A stretch of 64,000 nucleotides of DNA from Carcharhinus amblyrhynchos (taxonomy: Eukaryota). The position numbers and the translations under genes were made by a program. The stretch spans positions 38,874,001 to 38,938,000 of the forward strand of contig OZ336886.1 in the NCBI GenBank assembly GCA_965287045.1, read 5' to 3'. Below are positions 12,801-25,639 of this stretch, one piece after another (positions within the stretch are counted from its first letter, which is position 1; each line of letters starts with the position of its first letter). The notes beneath the pieces are model-generated. The model made no database searches. It worked only from the letters and a program-made list of their open reading frames with translations, and had not been told where the DNA came from.

Positions 12801-15800
12801 ATTTGAAGAAAAGGCGCGAAAGGATAGATGTGAGACTTCAAAGAAGCGCGACTGAGAGATGAGACAGAGACTTGAATAAAAAGGGTAAGAGAGACATAGA
12901 GGTAAGACTTCAGTAAAAAATGAGAGAGATAGAGGGGACACTTCATCAAAATTGAGGTAAAGGCGATATTTGAAATAAAAATGTGCGAAATAGAGTTAGA
13001 GGTCTATCTCACTTCCACTAAAAGTGAGATAGACGTGAGACTTCAATTTAAAAAAATGGCTCGCGAGAGAGGTGACATTTGACTAAAAAGTGAAAGCTAG
13101 AGGTGAGATATCAATAAAAGAGGGAGAGGGATAGAGGTTGATTTGAATAAAAAGCGCGCGAAAGAGAGGGTGGAGAGACTTTAATAAACCACAAGAGGGA
13201 GTGAGAGGAGGGACCTCAGGAAAGAGCTCGGACATTCACTCAAAAGACTCAGCGGGACTGAAACCTGTTGATTACATAGTCCAGAAAAGGGTGAGAGGGA
13301 TGAAACTTCAGGAAAAAGCACGCGACAAAGATAGAGGTGGGACTTCAATAAAGAGTGTGTGCGCGAGAGATAGACGAGATTTGAATCAGAAGGGTGAGAG
13401 AGACATAAAGATGAGACTTCAGTAAATGTGAGAGAGGGAGGTGAGACTTGAACAAAAAGTGAGATGGTAGAGGTGAGACCTGAATTAAAAATGAGAGCTG
13501 AGACTTCTTTAAGACAGAGACATAAAATCCATGTTTGATTAAAAAGATGGGAAAGCGAGGTAGAGGTGAGACTTAATTAAAAGACGCGCAAAAGTGCTTG
13601 AAGTGAGGCTTGAATAAAAAGTGAGAGAGATTTAGAGGTGAGACCGAATTAAAAGTAGATTGGTGAGATTTAAGTAACATTTGTGAGAGAAAGAGGCAAT
13701 ATTCGATTAGAAAGGTGTAAAAGAGAGGTGAGACCTCCATGTGAGAGGTAGAGTGAGACTTGAATAAAAAACTCGCGAAAGAGGTGAGACTTGACTAAAA
13801 AATGAGAGATGGAGGTGAGACATCAATAGAAAGTGAGAGGGGGATAGAGATCAGACTTGACCAAAAGGACGAGAATAAAAGGTGCGAGAGAGAGGCGCGA
13901 TTTGAGTAAAAAGCGCGTGAAAGGTGAGGCTTCAAGAGAAAGCCCGCCAAAGAGAGGGTGGTGTTACTTCAATAAAACGCAAGAGGGAGTGAGAGGGGGG
14001 ACCTCAGTAAAGAGCTCGGACATTCACTCAAAAGATTCAGCGGGACTGAAAACCGTTGATTCTATAGTCCAGATAAAAAAGGCGAGAGAGAGATGAAACT
14101 TCAATAAAAAGCGAGAAACAGATAAAACGTCAATAAAAAGTAAGTGACAGAGGTGAGGCTTCAATAAAGAGAGATGGAGGTGAGACTATCTTAAAAAGAG
14201 CTTATGTGAGACTTCAATAAAAATTGCGAGAGGAATATAGATGCGACGTCAATAAAAAGTGTGGGATACAGAGGTAAGACTTGGAGAAAACAAGTGTGTG
14301 AGAGATACTTGAATAAAAAGCTCCAGATAGAAGTGAGACTTCAATAAGAAGTGAGAGATACAGAGGTATCACTTCACTATAAATGCGAGAGAGGGAAGTA
14401 GAGGTGAGAATTCATTACAAATGCGAGAGAGGGATAGATGTGAGACTTGAAAACTGAAACAAAAGTGAGACTTCAAAAAAACACGCGCGTGAGATGAGAC
14501 TTCAATGAAGAGAGCAGGGGAGATACAGGTGAGACTCCAATAAAAAAGATAGAGGGGAGACTTCATTAAAATTGTGAGAAAGGGGTAATATTTGAAGAAA
14601 AGGCGCGAAAGAGATAGAGGTGAGACATCAAAAAAGCGCGCGCGGGTGTGATGGGATAGAGAGACTTTAATGAAACGATGAGAGAGAGACAGACGGAGGT
14701 AAGACTTCAGTAAAAAAAAATGTGGGATAGAGGCGAGACTTAATCAAACTTGAGATAGGGCGATATTTGAACAAAAATGTGTGAGATTTAGAGGTGAGGC
14801 TTTCATGTGAGGTAGAGTAAGACTTCAATCAAAAGCCCGCGAGAGAGGTGAGACTTGACTAAATAGTGAAAGATTGAGGTGAGGTATCGATAAAAGGTGT
14901 AGGAGGGATAGAAGTGAGACCAATTTAAAATGTGCGAGATAGAGGGACAGGTGCGATTTGAATAAAAGGCGCGCGAAACAGGTTGGTGAGAGAAGGGACT
15001 TCAGGAAAGAACTCGGACATTCACTCAAGATCTAGCGGGGCTGAAAACTGTTGATTCCATAGTCCAAAAAAGGGCGCGCGCGCGCGAGAGAGAGAGATAG
15101 ACTTCAATAAAAAGCGCGCGAAACAGGGTGGTGTGGCTTCAATAAAACGCAAGAGGGAGTGAGAGGAGGAACTTCAGTACAGAGCTCGGACATTCCCTCA
15201 AAAGACCCAACGTAGTTGAAAGTGTTGATTTCTATAAAAAGGCGAGAGATCAGGCTTCAATAAAATGAGAGATAAGACATCAATAATAAGTGAGTGATAA
15301 AGGGGAGACTTCATTAAAACCTGTGAGAGATATAGAGGTGAGACTTGGAAAAAAGTGTGAGAGGAAGGGACCTCAGTAAAGAGCTCGGACATTCACTCAA
15401 AAGACTCAGCGGGGCTGAAAACTTGATTCCATAGTCAAGAGAGATACTTGAGTAAAAAGCTCGAGATAGAAGTGAGACTTCAATAAGAAGTGAGAGATGT
15501 AGAGGTAACACTTCACTATGAATGCGTGAGGGGAGATAGAGGTGAGAACTCATCACAAATGTGAGGGAGGGATAGATGCGGGACTTGAAAACTGAAATAG
15601 AAGTGAGACTTCAAAAAAAACACGCGCGTGAGGTGAGACTTCAATGAAGAGAGCGGGGGAGATAGTGAGACTCCAATAAAAAAGATAGAGGGGAAAATGT
15701 GAGAAAGGAGTAATATTTGAAGAAAAGGCGCGAAAGAGACAGAGGTGAGACATCAAAAAAGCGCGCGCGGGTGAGATGGAGCAGAGAGGTTTTAATTAAA

Positions 15801-18800
15801 GGATGAGAGAGAGACGGAGGTAAGACTTAAGTAAAAAAAAGTGAGATAGAAGCTAGACTTAATCATACTTGAGATAGAGCGCTATTTGAACAAAAATGTG
15901 TGAGATTTAGAGGTGAGGCTTCCATGTGAGGTGGAGTGAGACTTCAATAAAAAGCCCGCGAGAGAGGTGAGACTTGACTAAATAGTGAAAGATTGAGGTG
16001 AGGTAGCAATAAAAGGTGCAGGAGGGATAGAAGTGAGACCAATTCAAAATGTGCGAGAGAGAGGGACAGGTGCGATTTGAATAAAAGGCGCGCGAAACAG
16101 GTTGGAGAGAGGAGGGACTTCAGGAAAGAGCTCGGACATTCACTCAAAAGATCTAGCGGGGCTGAAAACTGTTGAATCCATAGTCCAAAAAAGGGCGCGC
16201 GCGCGAGAGAGAGCTAAACTTCAATAAAAAGCGCGCGAAACAGGGTGGGAGGGAGTGAGAGGAGGAACTTCAGTAAAGAGCTCGGACATTCCCTCAAAAG
16301 ACCCAGCGTAGTTGAAAGTGTTGATTTCTATAGTCCAGATAAAAAGAAGGCGAGAGAGAGATCAGACTTCAATAAAAAGAGAGATAAGACATCAATAATA
16401 AGTGAGTGATGAAGGGGAGACTTCATTAAAACCTGTGAGAGATATAGAGGTGAGACTTGGAAAAAAGTGCGTGAGAGGGAGGGACCTCAGTAAGGAGCTC
16501 GGACATTCACTCAAAAGACTCAGCGGGACTGAAAACTTGATAAACCGAGAGAAAACGTCAAAAAAAAGTAAGTGATAGAGGTGAGGCTTCAATAAAGAGA
16601 GAGATGGAGGTGAGACTATCTTAAAAAGAGCTTAATGTGAGACTTCAATAAAAATTGCGAGAGGAATATAGATGAGACGTCAATAAAAAGTGTGGGATAC
16701 AGAGGTGAGACTTGGAAAAAAAAGTGTGAGAGAGATATTTGAATAAATACCTCGAGATAGAGGTGAGACTTCAATAAGAAGTGAGAGATACAGAGGTATC
16801 ACTTCACTATAAATGCGAGAGAGGGAGACAAAGGTGAGAATTCATTACAAATATGAGGGAGGGATAGATGTGAGACTTGAAAACTGAAATAGAAGTGAGA
16901 CTTCAAAAAAACACGCGCGTGAGATGAGACTTCAATGAAGAGAGCAGGGGAGATACAGGTGAGACTCCAATAAAAAAGATAGAGGGGACACTTCATTAAA
17001 ATTATGAGAAAGGGGTAATATTTGAAGAAAAGGCGCGAAAGAGATAGAGGTGAGACATCAAAAAAGCGCGCGCGGGTGAGATGGGGCAGAGAGACTTTAA
17101 TAGAAGGATGAGAGAGACGGAGGTAAGACTTCAGTAAAAAAAAATGTGGGATAGAGGCGAGACTTAATCAAACTTGAGATAGGGCGATATTTGAACAAAA
17201 ATGTGTGAGATTTAGAGGTGAGGCTTCCATGTGAGGTAGAGTAAGACTTCAATCAAAAGCCCGCGAGAGAGGTGAGACTTGACTAAATAGTGAAAGATTG
17301 AGGTGAGGTATCGATAAAAGGTGTAGGAGGGATAGAAGTGAGACCAATTTAAAATGTGCGAGAGAGAGGGACAGGTGCGATTTGAATAAAAGGCGCGCGA
17401 AACAGGTTGGTGAGAGGAGGGACTTCAGGAAAGAACTCGGACATTCACTCAAAAGATTTAGCGGGGCTGAAAACTGTTGATTCCATAGTCCAAAAAAGGG
17501 CGTGCGCGCGCGAGAGAGAGCTAAACTTCAATAAAAAGCGCGCGAAACAAGGTGGTGTGGCTTCAATAAAACGCAAGAGGGAGTGAGAGGAGGAACTTCA
17601 GTACAGAGCTCGGACTTTCCCTCAAAAGACCCAGCGTAGTTGAAAGTGTTGATTTCTATAAAAAGGCGAGAGTGAGATGAGACTTCAATAAAAAGAGAGA
17701 TAAGACATCAATAATAAGTGAGTGATAAAGGGGAGACTTCATTAAAACCTATGAGAGATATAGAGGTGAGACTTGGAAAAAAGTGTGAAAGGAAGGGACC
17801 TCAGTAAAGAGCTCGGACATTCACTCAAAAGACTCAGCGGGGCTGAAAACTTGATTTCTTAGTCAAGAGAGATACTTGAATAAAAAGCTCGAGATAGAAG
17901 TGAGACTTCAATAAGAAGTGAAAGATACAGAGGTAACACTTCACTATGAATGCGTGAGGGGAGATAGAGGTGAGAACTCATCACAAATGTGAGGGAGGGA
18001 TAGATGTGAGACTTGAAAACTGAAATAGAAGTGAGACTTCAAAAAAAACACGCGCGTGAGGTGAGACTTCATTCAAGAGAGCGTGCGAGATAGTGAGACT
18101 CCAATAAAAAAGATAGAGGGGAAATTGTGAGAAAGGGGTAATATTTGAAGAAAAGGCGCGAAAAGATAGAGGTGAGACATCAAAAAAGCGCGCGCGGGTG
18201 AGATGGGGCAGAGAGATTTTAATTAAAAGATGAGAGAGAGACGGAAGTAAGACTTAAGTAAAAAGAAATGTGAGATAGAAGCTAGACTTAATCATACTTG
18301 AGATAGAGTGATATTTGAACAAAAATGTGTGAGATTTAGAGGTGAGGCTTCCATGTGAGGTAGAGTAAGACTTCAATCAAAAGCCCGCAAGAGAGGCGAG
18401 ACTTGACTAAATAGTGAAAGATTGAGGTGAGGTAGCGATAAAAGGTATAGGAGGGATAGAAGTGAGACCAATTTAAAATGTGCGAGAGAGAGGGACAGGT
18501 GCGATTTGAATAAAAGGCGCGCGAAACAGGTTGGTGAGAGGAGGGACTTCAGGAAAGAACTCGGACTTTCACTCAAGATCTAGCGGGGCTGAAAACTGTT
18601 GATTCCATAGTCCAAAAAAGGGCGCGCGCGCGAGAGAGTGAGATAGACTTCAATAAAAAGCGCGCGAAACAGGGTGGTGTGGCTTCAATAAAACGCAAGA
18701 GGGAGTGAGAGGAGGAACTTCAGTACAGAGCTCGGACATTCCCTCAAAAGACCCAGCGTAGTTGAAAGCGTTGATTTCTGTAGTCCAGGTAAAAAAAAGG

Positions 18801-21388
18801 CGAGAGAGAGAGATCAGACTTCAATAAAAAGAGAGATAAGACATCAATAATAAGTGAGTGATAAAGGGGAGACTTCATTAAAACATGTGAGAGATATAGA
18901 GGTGAGACTTGGAAAAAAGTGTGTGAGAGGGAGGGACCTCAGTAAAGAGCTCGGACATTCACTCAAAAGACTCAGCGGGACTGAAAACTTGATTCCATAG
19001 TCCAGATAAAAAAGGCGAGAGAGAGATGAAACTTCACTAAAAAGTGAGGAACCGAGATAAAACGTCAATAAGTGATAGAGGTGAGGCTTCAATAAAGAGA
19101 GAGATGGAGGTGAGACTATCTTAAAAAGAGCTTATGTGAGACTTCAATAAAAATTGCGAGAGGAATATAGATGAGACGTCAATAAAAAGTGTGGGATACA
19201 GAGGTGAGACTTGGAACAAAAAGTGTGAGAGAGATACTTGAATACAAAGCTCGAGATAGAAGTGAGACTTCAATAAGAAGTGAGAGATACAGAGGTAACA
19301 CCACTATAAATGCGAGAGAGGGAGATAGAGGTGAGAATTCATTACAAATGCGAGGGAGGGATAGATGTGAGACTTGAAAACTGAAATAGAAGCGAGCCTT
19401 CAAAAAAACACGCACGTGAGATGAGACTTCAATGAAGAGAGCAGGGGAGATACAGGTGAGACTCCAATAAAAAAGATGGAGGGGAGACTTCATTAAAATT
19501 GTGAGAAAGGGGTAATATTTGAAGAAAAGGCGCGAAAGAGATAGAGGTGAGACATCAAAAAAGCGCGCGCGGGTGAGATGGGGCAGAGAGACTTTAATAA
19601 AAGGATGAGAGAGAGACGGAGGTGAGATTTCAGTAAAAAAAAGTGAGATAGAGGCGAGACTTAATCAAACTTGAGATAGAGCGATATTTGAACAAAAGTG
19701 TGTGAGATTTAGAGGTGAGGCTTCCATGTGAGGTAGAGTTAGACTTCAATAAAAAGCCCGCGAGAGAGGTGAGACTTGACTAAATAGTGAAAGATTGAGG
19801 TGAGGTATCGATAAAAGGTGTAGGAGGGATAGAAGTGAGACCAATGTAAATTGTGCGAGAGAGAGGGACAGGTGCGATTTGAATAAAAGGCGCGCGAAAC
19901 AGGTTGGCGAGAGGAGGGACTTCAGGAAAGAACTCGGACGTTCACTCAAGAGACCCAGCGGGGCTGAAAACTTGATTCCATAGTCCAAAAATGGGCGCGC
20001 GCGAGAGAGGGGGAGATAAACTTCAAAAAAAGCGCGCGAAACAAGGTGGTGTGGCTTCAATAAAACGCAAGAGGGAGTGAGTGAAGGAACTTCAGTACAG
20101 AGCTCGGACATGCCCTCAAAAGACCCAGCGTAGTTGAAAATGTTGATTTCCATAGCCCAGATAAAAAAGGCGAGAGAGATGAGACTTCAATAAAAAGAGA
20201 GATAAGACGTCAATGATAAGTGAGTGATCAAGGGGTGACTTCATTAAAACGTGAGAGAAATAGAGGTGAGACTTGGAAAAGTGTGAGAGATACTTGAATA
20301 AATAGCGCAAGCAATAGAGATGAGACTTCAAAAAGAAGCAAGCGAGATAGAGATAAGTCTTCATTATAAATGTGAGAGAGGGAGATAAGGGTAAAACTTC
20401 ATTACAAATGCGAGGGAGAGATCGAGGTGAGACTTAGAAAAAAAGTAGAGGCGAGACTTAAAAAATCGCGCAAGAAAGATGAGACTTCAATAAGAAGTAA
20501 TAGAGGTGAAGCTTCTTTAAATTTGTAAGGAATTGAGAAAAAAAGCATGAAAGGAATACAGGTGACACTTCAAAAATGTGACTTGAATAAAAAAAAGAGA
20601 CAGGTGAGACTTGACTTAAAAATTGTGAGATAGAGCTGATATTTGAATAAAAAGATGCCAAAGAGAATTAGAGGTGAGACTTGACTGAAAAGTGACAGAG
20701 AAATAGAGGTGAAACATCAATGAAAGATGCGAGGGATAGAGATGAGACTTCATTAAAAAGGGCGAGAGTAAAAAATGCAAGAGATGGACAGGTGATATTG
20801 GATTAAAAAGGAGCGAAAGAGATAGAGGTGAGACTTAAAAAGAGCACGAGGGAGAGATGTGACTTGAATAACAAGTGCGAGAGAAAGGTGACACTTGAAA
20901 CATAAGAGAGATAGATGCAAGGCTTCATTAAAAATTGTGAGAGGTGATATTTGAATTAAAAGGTACAAAAAAGATATAGAAGTGAGACTCCCATGAAAAG
21001 TGAGAGAGACAGGCGAGTCATTAAAAAATTGTGACAGAGATAGAGGTGATTTGAAGAAGCAAAAGAGGTAGTGGTGACACTTGAAAAAAGCACGTGCGAG
21101 TGAGAGGTGAAACTTAATTAACTGAGTGATAGAGAGTCTTGAATAACGTAAGAGAGATAGGTGAGACTTCAATAAAAATGCGAAAGAGCAAGTGGAGGGA
21201 AAGCTCAGACATTCACTCAAAAGACTAGGCTGGACTGAAAACTGTTGATTCCATCATCCAAGTAAAGGCGAGAGTGAGAGTTGAAACTTCAGTAAAAAGT
21301 GAGGGTTCAAACTTCAACAAAAAGTGAGAAAGGCAGAGGTGAGAATTCAATAAATAGTGATAGAGAGATGAGACACTTATAAAGAGCA
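3811..21388 (+). repeat. Satellite A: purine-rich degenerate ~30-33 bp satellite (consensus ~GAGATAGAGGTGAGACTTCAATAAAAAGTGTGA) with higher-order repeats
   Basis: Very many gaggtgagactt(c/g)aa units. The landmark ctcggacattcactcaaaagactcagcgggactgaaaactgttgattcc recurs ~27 times. Identical 67 aa pseudo-ORFs lie at 14825 and 17249 (offset 2424). Confidence 0.95.
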
Positions 21389-22157
21389 GGTATTCACTCA
21401 ATCTGTCAGCCGTAAAGTGGGTCTAATAGCTTTTGATTGCAAAGTGCAAATTGCTAGTAAAAATTGTGAACAGGAGTGGTTTCCGCCAAAGATCCTCATG
21501 GGACACCTCTCCACACCTTCTGCTTTCTGTCTGGCAGGCATTGGGCAATCCATTCTGTTACTTGTCCCTGAGTTTGCATTGAAGTGATGTATTGTGGGGT
21601 ATCATGCTGTATCATGGATCATCCAGTTGTGACCAAATTGCTGGTTTAAATTCCAGAAGTATTTGCAATAAAACAAAACTTAGGGTTGACATGATAGGTA
21701 ATGTAACCTTTTGGTCAGGCCAAGAAGCTAACGATTGGCTTATAGGTCAGTTCAAATTACGTTAAGTAATATGACCTTTGAGTCAGGAGATAATAAGTTG
21801 ATGAATGATCCATGAGTTATACTGTAGTAAACTGATTTTGTCTGGCACCGTGAAGGCTAAGATGTGCAGGTAACTGGGCAAAGCATGGATGGGTAAGCAA
21901 AGTTTGTGTTGTGGAATGAACTGTGGGGATTATTTTTGTTAAAGGCCAGGTCATTCAGTGATTATTTTCTAAAAACTGTTAATTGCAGACATACTGGAGA
22001 CAACGTAGAAGACAAGAGGATCAGTGTGGGAAGAAAGCAGTGAACCCTGAGCGGAGCGGTGATGGAAACAAGATCACAATAGGGAGAGTGAGAGAGCGAA
22101 GTGAGACTTCAAAAAATCAAGAGAAAGAGAGAAGGTGAGATTATGGTAAAGGGCGCA
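21389..22157 (+). repeat. Copy 2 (complete) of the ~770 bp tandem unit
   Basis: Begins ggtattcactcaatctgtcagc. The next copy begins ggcattcattcaatgtgtcagc at 22158, giving a period of 769. Confidence 0.9.
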
Positions 22158-22558
22158 GGCATTCATTCAATGTGTCAGCATTAAAGTGAGGCTCAAAACT
22201 GTCGATTCCAAAACCAAATCATTAATATAAATCCTGAATAGGAGTGGTTCCCAGCACTGATCCAAGTGGAACATGTTTTCATACCTTCTGCTTTCTGTCT
22301 TGAGATCGGCTAGCAATCTAATCTGTTACTTGTCCACTGAAGTGATGTATCATAGTGTATTGTGGGATCACCCAGTCTTTGCCAAGTTGCTGGTTTTTAT
22401 TTTATGAGTATTTGCAATGAAAGAAAATACACCAGAATCAACATGGTAGTGAATGTAATCTTTTGGTTAAGGCCAAGAAGCTAATGACTGGCCTATGGGA
22501 CAGTTCATGGTAAGCTAAGCAATGTGACTTTAGGGTCAGGGTAGAATAAGTTGATGAA
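22158..22558 (+). repeat. Copy 3 (truncated by an RTE fragment) of the ~770 bp unit
   Basis: Matches ~21389-21805 (aggagtggtt, ccttctgctttctgtct, ggccaagaagctaa, aataagttgatgaa) and then switches to RTE sequence. Confidence 0.85.
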
Positions 22559-23335
22559 CATTCCTCCATACTTGATTATCAAGATCCAGGGTGAGGATTT
22601 GTCAATGTAGACCACATTTCATATCAAGGGAGCCCACTGTCAACAGGGGCAGACATCGATATTGAGCTCAACACTATCTTCCGTGGATCAGCAGTCTTTG
22701 ATCACCTTAGAAAATGTTTGAAGACCAGGACCTCAGACTAGCATCAAACTCATGGTCTACAAGGTGGTATCCCCCTCCTGAACAGCTCAGAGATTCAGAC
22801 CATGTGTAGCAGGCACCTCAAAAACCAGTGATGCCTCCACAAGATCCTACAAATCTATTGACAGGCTAGGTACACTAATTCAGCATTTGCGCTTAGTCAA
22901 TATTCCCAGCATCAAAGCATTGGCCACACTCAGTCAGCTCCACTGGGAAGGCTACATCATCCACATGCTTGACATGAGACACCCAAAGCAAACACTGTAC
23001 TCAAAGCTTCAACACAGCAAGCAAGCCACAGGAGGGCAGAGGAAATTTTTCAAGAACACCCCCAAAACCTCCTCAAATTTACAAAATCCCCACCGATACC
23101 TGAGAACCCTTGGCTCCAAGATGGCCTGAAGGGGAGGAAAAGCAACTGAGAAGGAGCTGAACACCTTCATCTTCATTGCCGTGAGTAAGCAGAAGCCAGG
23201 CGTCAGCAGGGAGAGGAGCACATACCAATCATTCCACTCACCTACTCCTTCAACCCTCATCTGCCTCCCCCTGTGATAGAGATTGTGGGTTATCATTGGA
23301 CTGCTCCATCCACCTGAGAACTTACTTTTGAATGT
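22559..23335 (+). mobile_element. RTE-clade LINE 3' fragment (degenerate)
   Basis: Broken frames give NVDH...KLMVYK...NIPSIKALATLSQLHWEGYIIHMLDMRHPKQTLYSKL...GGQRK and a C-terminal zinc-finger-like remnant (ctgtgatagagattgtggg...cacctgagaac). Confidence 0.85.
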
Positions 23336-23714
23336 GTAATCTGGTGTGGAGCAGTGCAAGAGAGAGGTGACATGCCCGGCTTAGAGTGGTGCAGGAAAAG
23401 GGTGGTGAACCCAGCATGCAGCAGCACAGGATGAGGATGGTGAACCCAATAGGGAGCAATGGGGAAAGGGGAACATTGAACCCCAGTGTAGAGCAGAGAG
23501 GGGTGTAGGGCAGCAAATTTGGTAGGAATCAATACCGGAACCAGAGAGCTGACTCTGTGTAGAACAATGTTTTAGGAGGAAGGTGAAACCAGTGCGAAGC
23601 AGTGTGGGATAAGGATGGCAAATTCAATGTGCAGCAGTGCAGGAGGAGAACGTTGAACCCAATGTGGAGCAGAGTGTGAGGATTGTCTTAAACCAGTGTG
23701 TTACATACTGCAGT

Positions 23715-24075
23715 GGTATTTCATTTCATTATTCAGTGCTACATCTACCAGTTCTAACACCCTAGTACATACCAAAGTAAAATTCTTATTTAATATTTCT
23801 GGTGACATATTTAACAATTTCAGTTCATGTTACTTGAAAATTAGATCTCATTGTTCCTCTTCACCTTTATCTTTTTTTTTACTTCTTTTGTAATCTCTTC
23901 ATAGTCTCTACTATTATGGACTTCTCTGCAGTCTTTGTATCTTCAGTCATCTATGCAGTTGCACTTGTATTCAATTTCTTCTTTATTCTTTAGCTGAATA
24001 TATTTCTACTGCATCTGCTGAACCCCATTTTAAATGCTTCCCATGGCTGTTCTATATTGATGCATGCTAATATTA
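23715..24075 (-). mobile_element. Old CR1 ORF2 internal fragment, copy 1 of 4
   Basis: AT-rich insert homologous to the copies at 24291, 30111 and 48631 (cttatttaatatttc, ttctctgcagtct, gaaccccattttaaatg). Confidence 0.6.
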
Positions 24076-24290
24076 TTGCCCAGAATGGAGCCGTGTGGGA
24101 GGAGCGCAGTGAACCCAGTGTGCAGCAGCAGAGGAGAAGAGTGGTGAAGTCTGTGATGCTTCGCAGGAAGAGTGCAGTGAACTCATTGCTGAGCAGAGCG
24201 ATGACCCAGGGTGCAGCAGGAGGAGAGCTTTGAACTCAATGTGGAGCTGTGCAGAAAGAGAATGATGAACCCTGTGCTGAACAGTGCAAT

Positions 24291-24705
24291 AGTATTTCAT
24301 AACTTATCACATCATTCAATGTGACATCTAACCCCACCATAAATAGCAAAACAAAATACTTATTTAATATTCCTGCCGTCTCTCTGTTGTTAGTTTTAGT
24401 ATTTTCCTGTCTAATCTTTAATGATCATATTCCCATTCCAGCCTTCCTTTTCTTTACTGATATGTCAATAAAATATTTTATTAGTTTGTATTGTGTTCCT
24501 TGAACTGACATTTCCTCTTTAGTTTTGTAATTGTTTTTTTCAGTCCTCTCCTAATCTTTTCAGTCTCTATTATTTTCTTTATTCTTCAGCTGACTATATT
24601 TCTCCCACACAATGTTGTTTAAATTTTAAATGTTAAACTCCATTTTAAATTTTAAACTCCATTTTAAATGTTTCCCATTGCTATACATTGATTTTGCCAA
24701 TATTG
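24291..24705 (-). mobile_element. Old CR1 ORF2 internal fragment, copy 2
   Basis: The minus strand reads ILNKYFVL, matching the CR1 ILNKYFASVFT motif. Confidence 0.6.
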
Positions 24706-25639
24706 TTGCCGATTATGTAGCAACATAGAATAGAACAGTGAATGCACTACGTCGCAGCATAGGAGGAGAGGAATGAACACAGTGTGGGGCAGTGCACGGT
24801 GGGGGTATTGGGAGCGTGAGTGGCAAACCCAGTAAAAAGCAGCACAAGTGGTGTGTGGCATAGCATTGGATGGAAGTGACCATCCAGGGCAGAACAGCGT
24901 GAGAGGAAGATGGCAAAATCATTGTGAAGCAATATGGGAGAAGGACATTGAACCCAATGTGGAGCAGTGTGGCAGAAGTAAGAAGAAACCAGCATGGAGC
25001 AGAGCGAAAGGACAGCGGTCAACCCAGTATGGAACAGTGTGAAAGAGAGCAGTGAACAGTGTGGGAAAAGAGTGGTCCCAGTCTGAAGCAGCACAAGAGG
25101 AGAGAGATGACCACAGTGTGGAGCGGCGGAGGAGGAGAGCAGTGAACACAATGTGATGCAATGCAGGATGTCAATGGTGAGCCCAGCTTGGACTGGTGCA
25201 GTTGAGAGGTATAAACCCAGTGCAACAGCATGGAAAAGAGTGGCAAGCACAGCATGGACAAGTGCAGGAAGAGAGCGATGAAGCTAATTTGGAATAGCAA
25301 AGGCAAACAGCAGCGAACCCAAGGGGTCAGCGCAGGAGGATGGCAAACCCATTTTGGAGCAGAGCTAGGAGGAAAGCAGTGATCCCAGTGTAGAACAGTG
25401 AGGGAGGAGAGTGTAAACCCAGTGTGGAGCAGCGCAGGAGTAGAGTGGCGATGCCAGTGTGGAGCAGTATGGGAGATAAGCGATGAACTTGGAGTGGAGC
25501 AGCGCAGGAGGAGACCAACAAAATCAGTGTGGAGCAGTGCAGGAGGACAGTGAATCCCGTAGAGCGGTTCAGGATGAGAGTCACGAAACCTGGGTGGAGC
25601 AGTGTAGGAGGAGAGCAGCGATCCCATTATAAAAGAGTG

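Noticed and set aside
3811-21388. Repeat/spacer-like alternation suggesting a CRISPR array, and many short Leu/Ser/Phe ORFs
   Set aside because: The intervening sequence is itself repetitive, the repeats are degenerate, the context is vertebrate and there are no cas genes. The ORFs are low-complexity translations.
3355-22031. Long direct repeats flanking an interior, like an LTR retrotransposon
   Set aside because: I saw no TG..CA ends, PBS, TSD or gag/pol. A third tandem copy follows, so this is a tandem unit.
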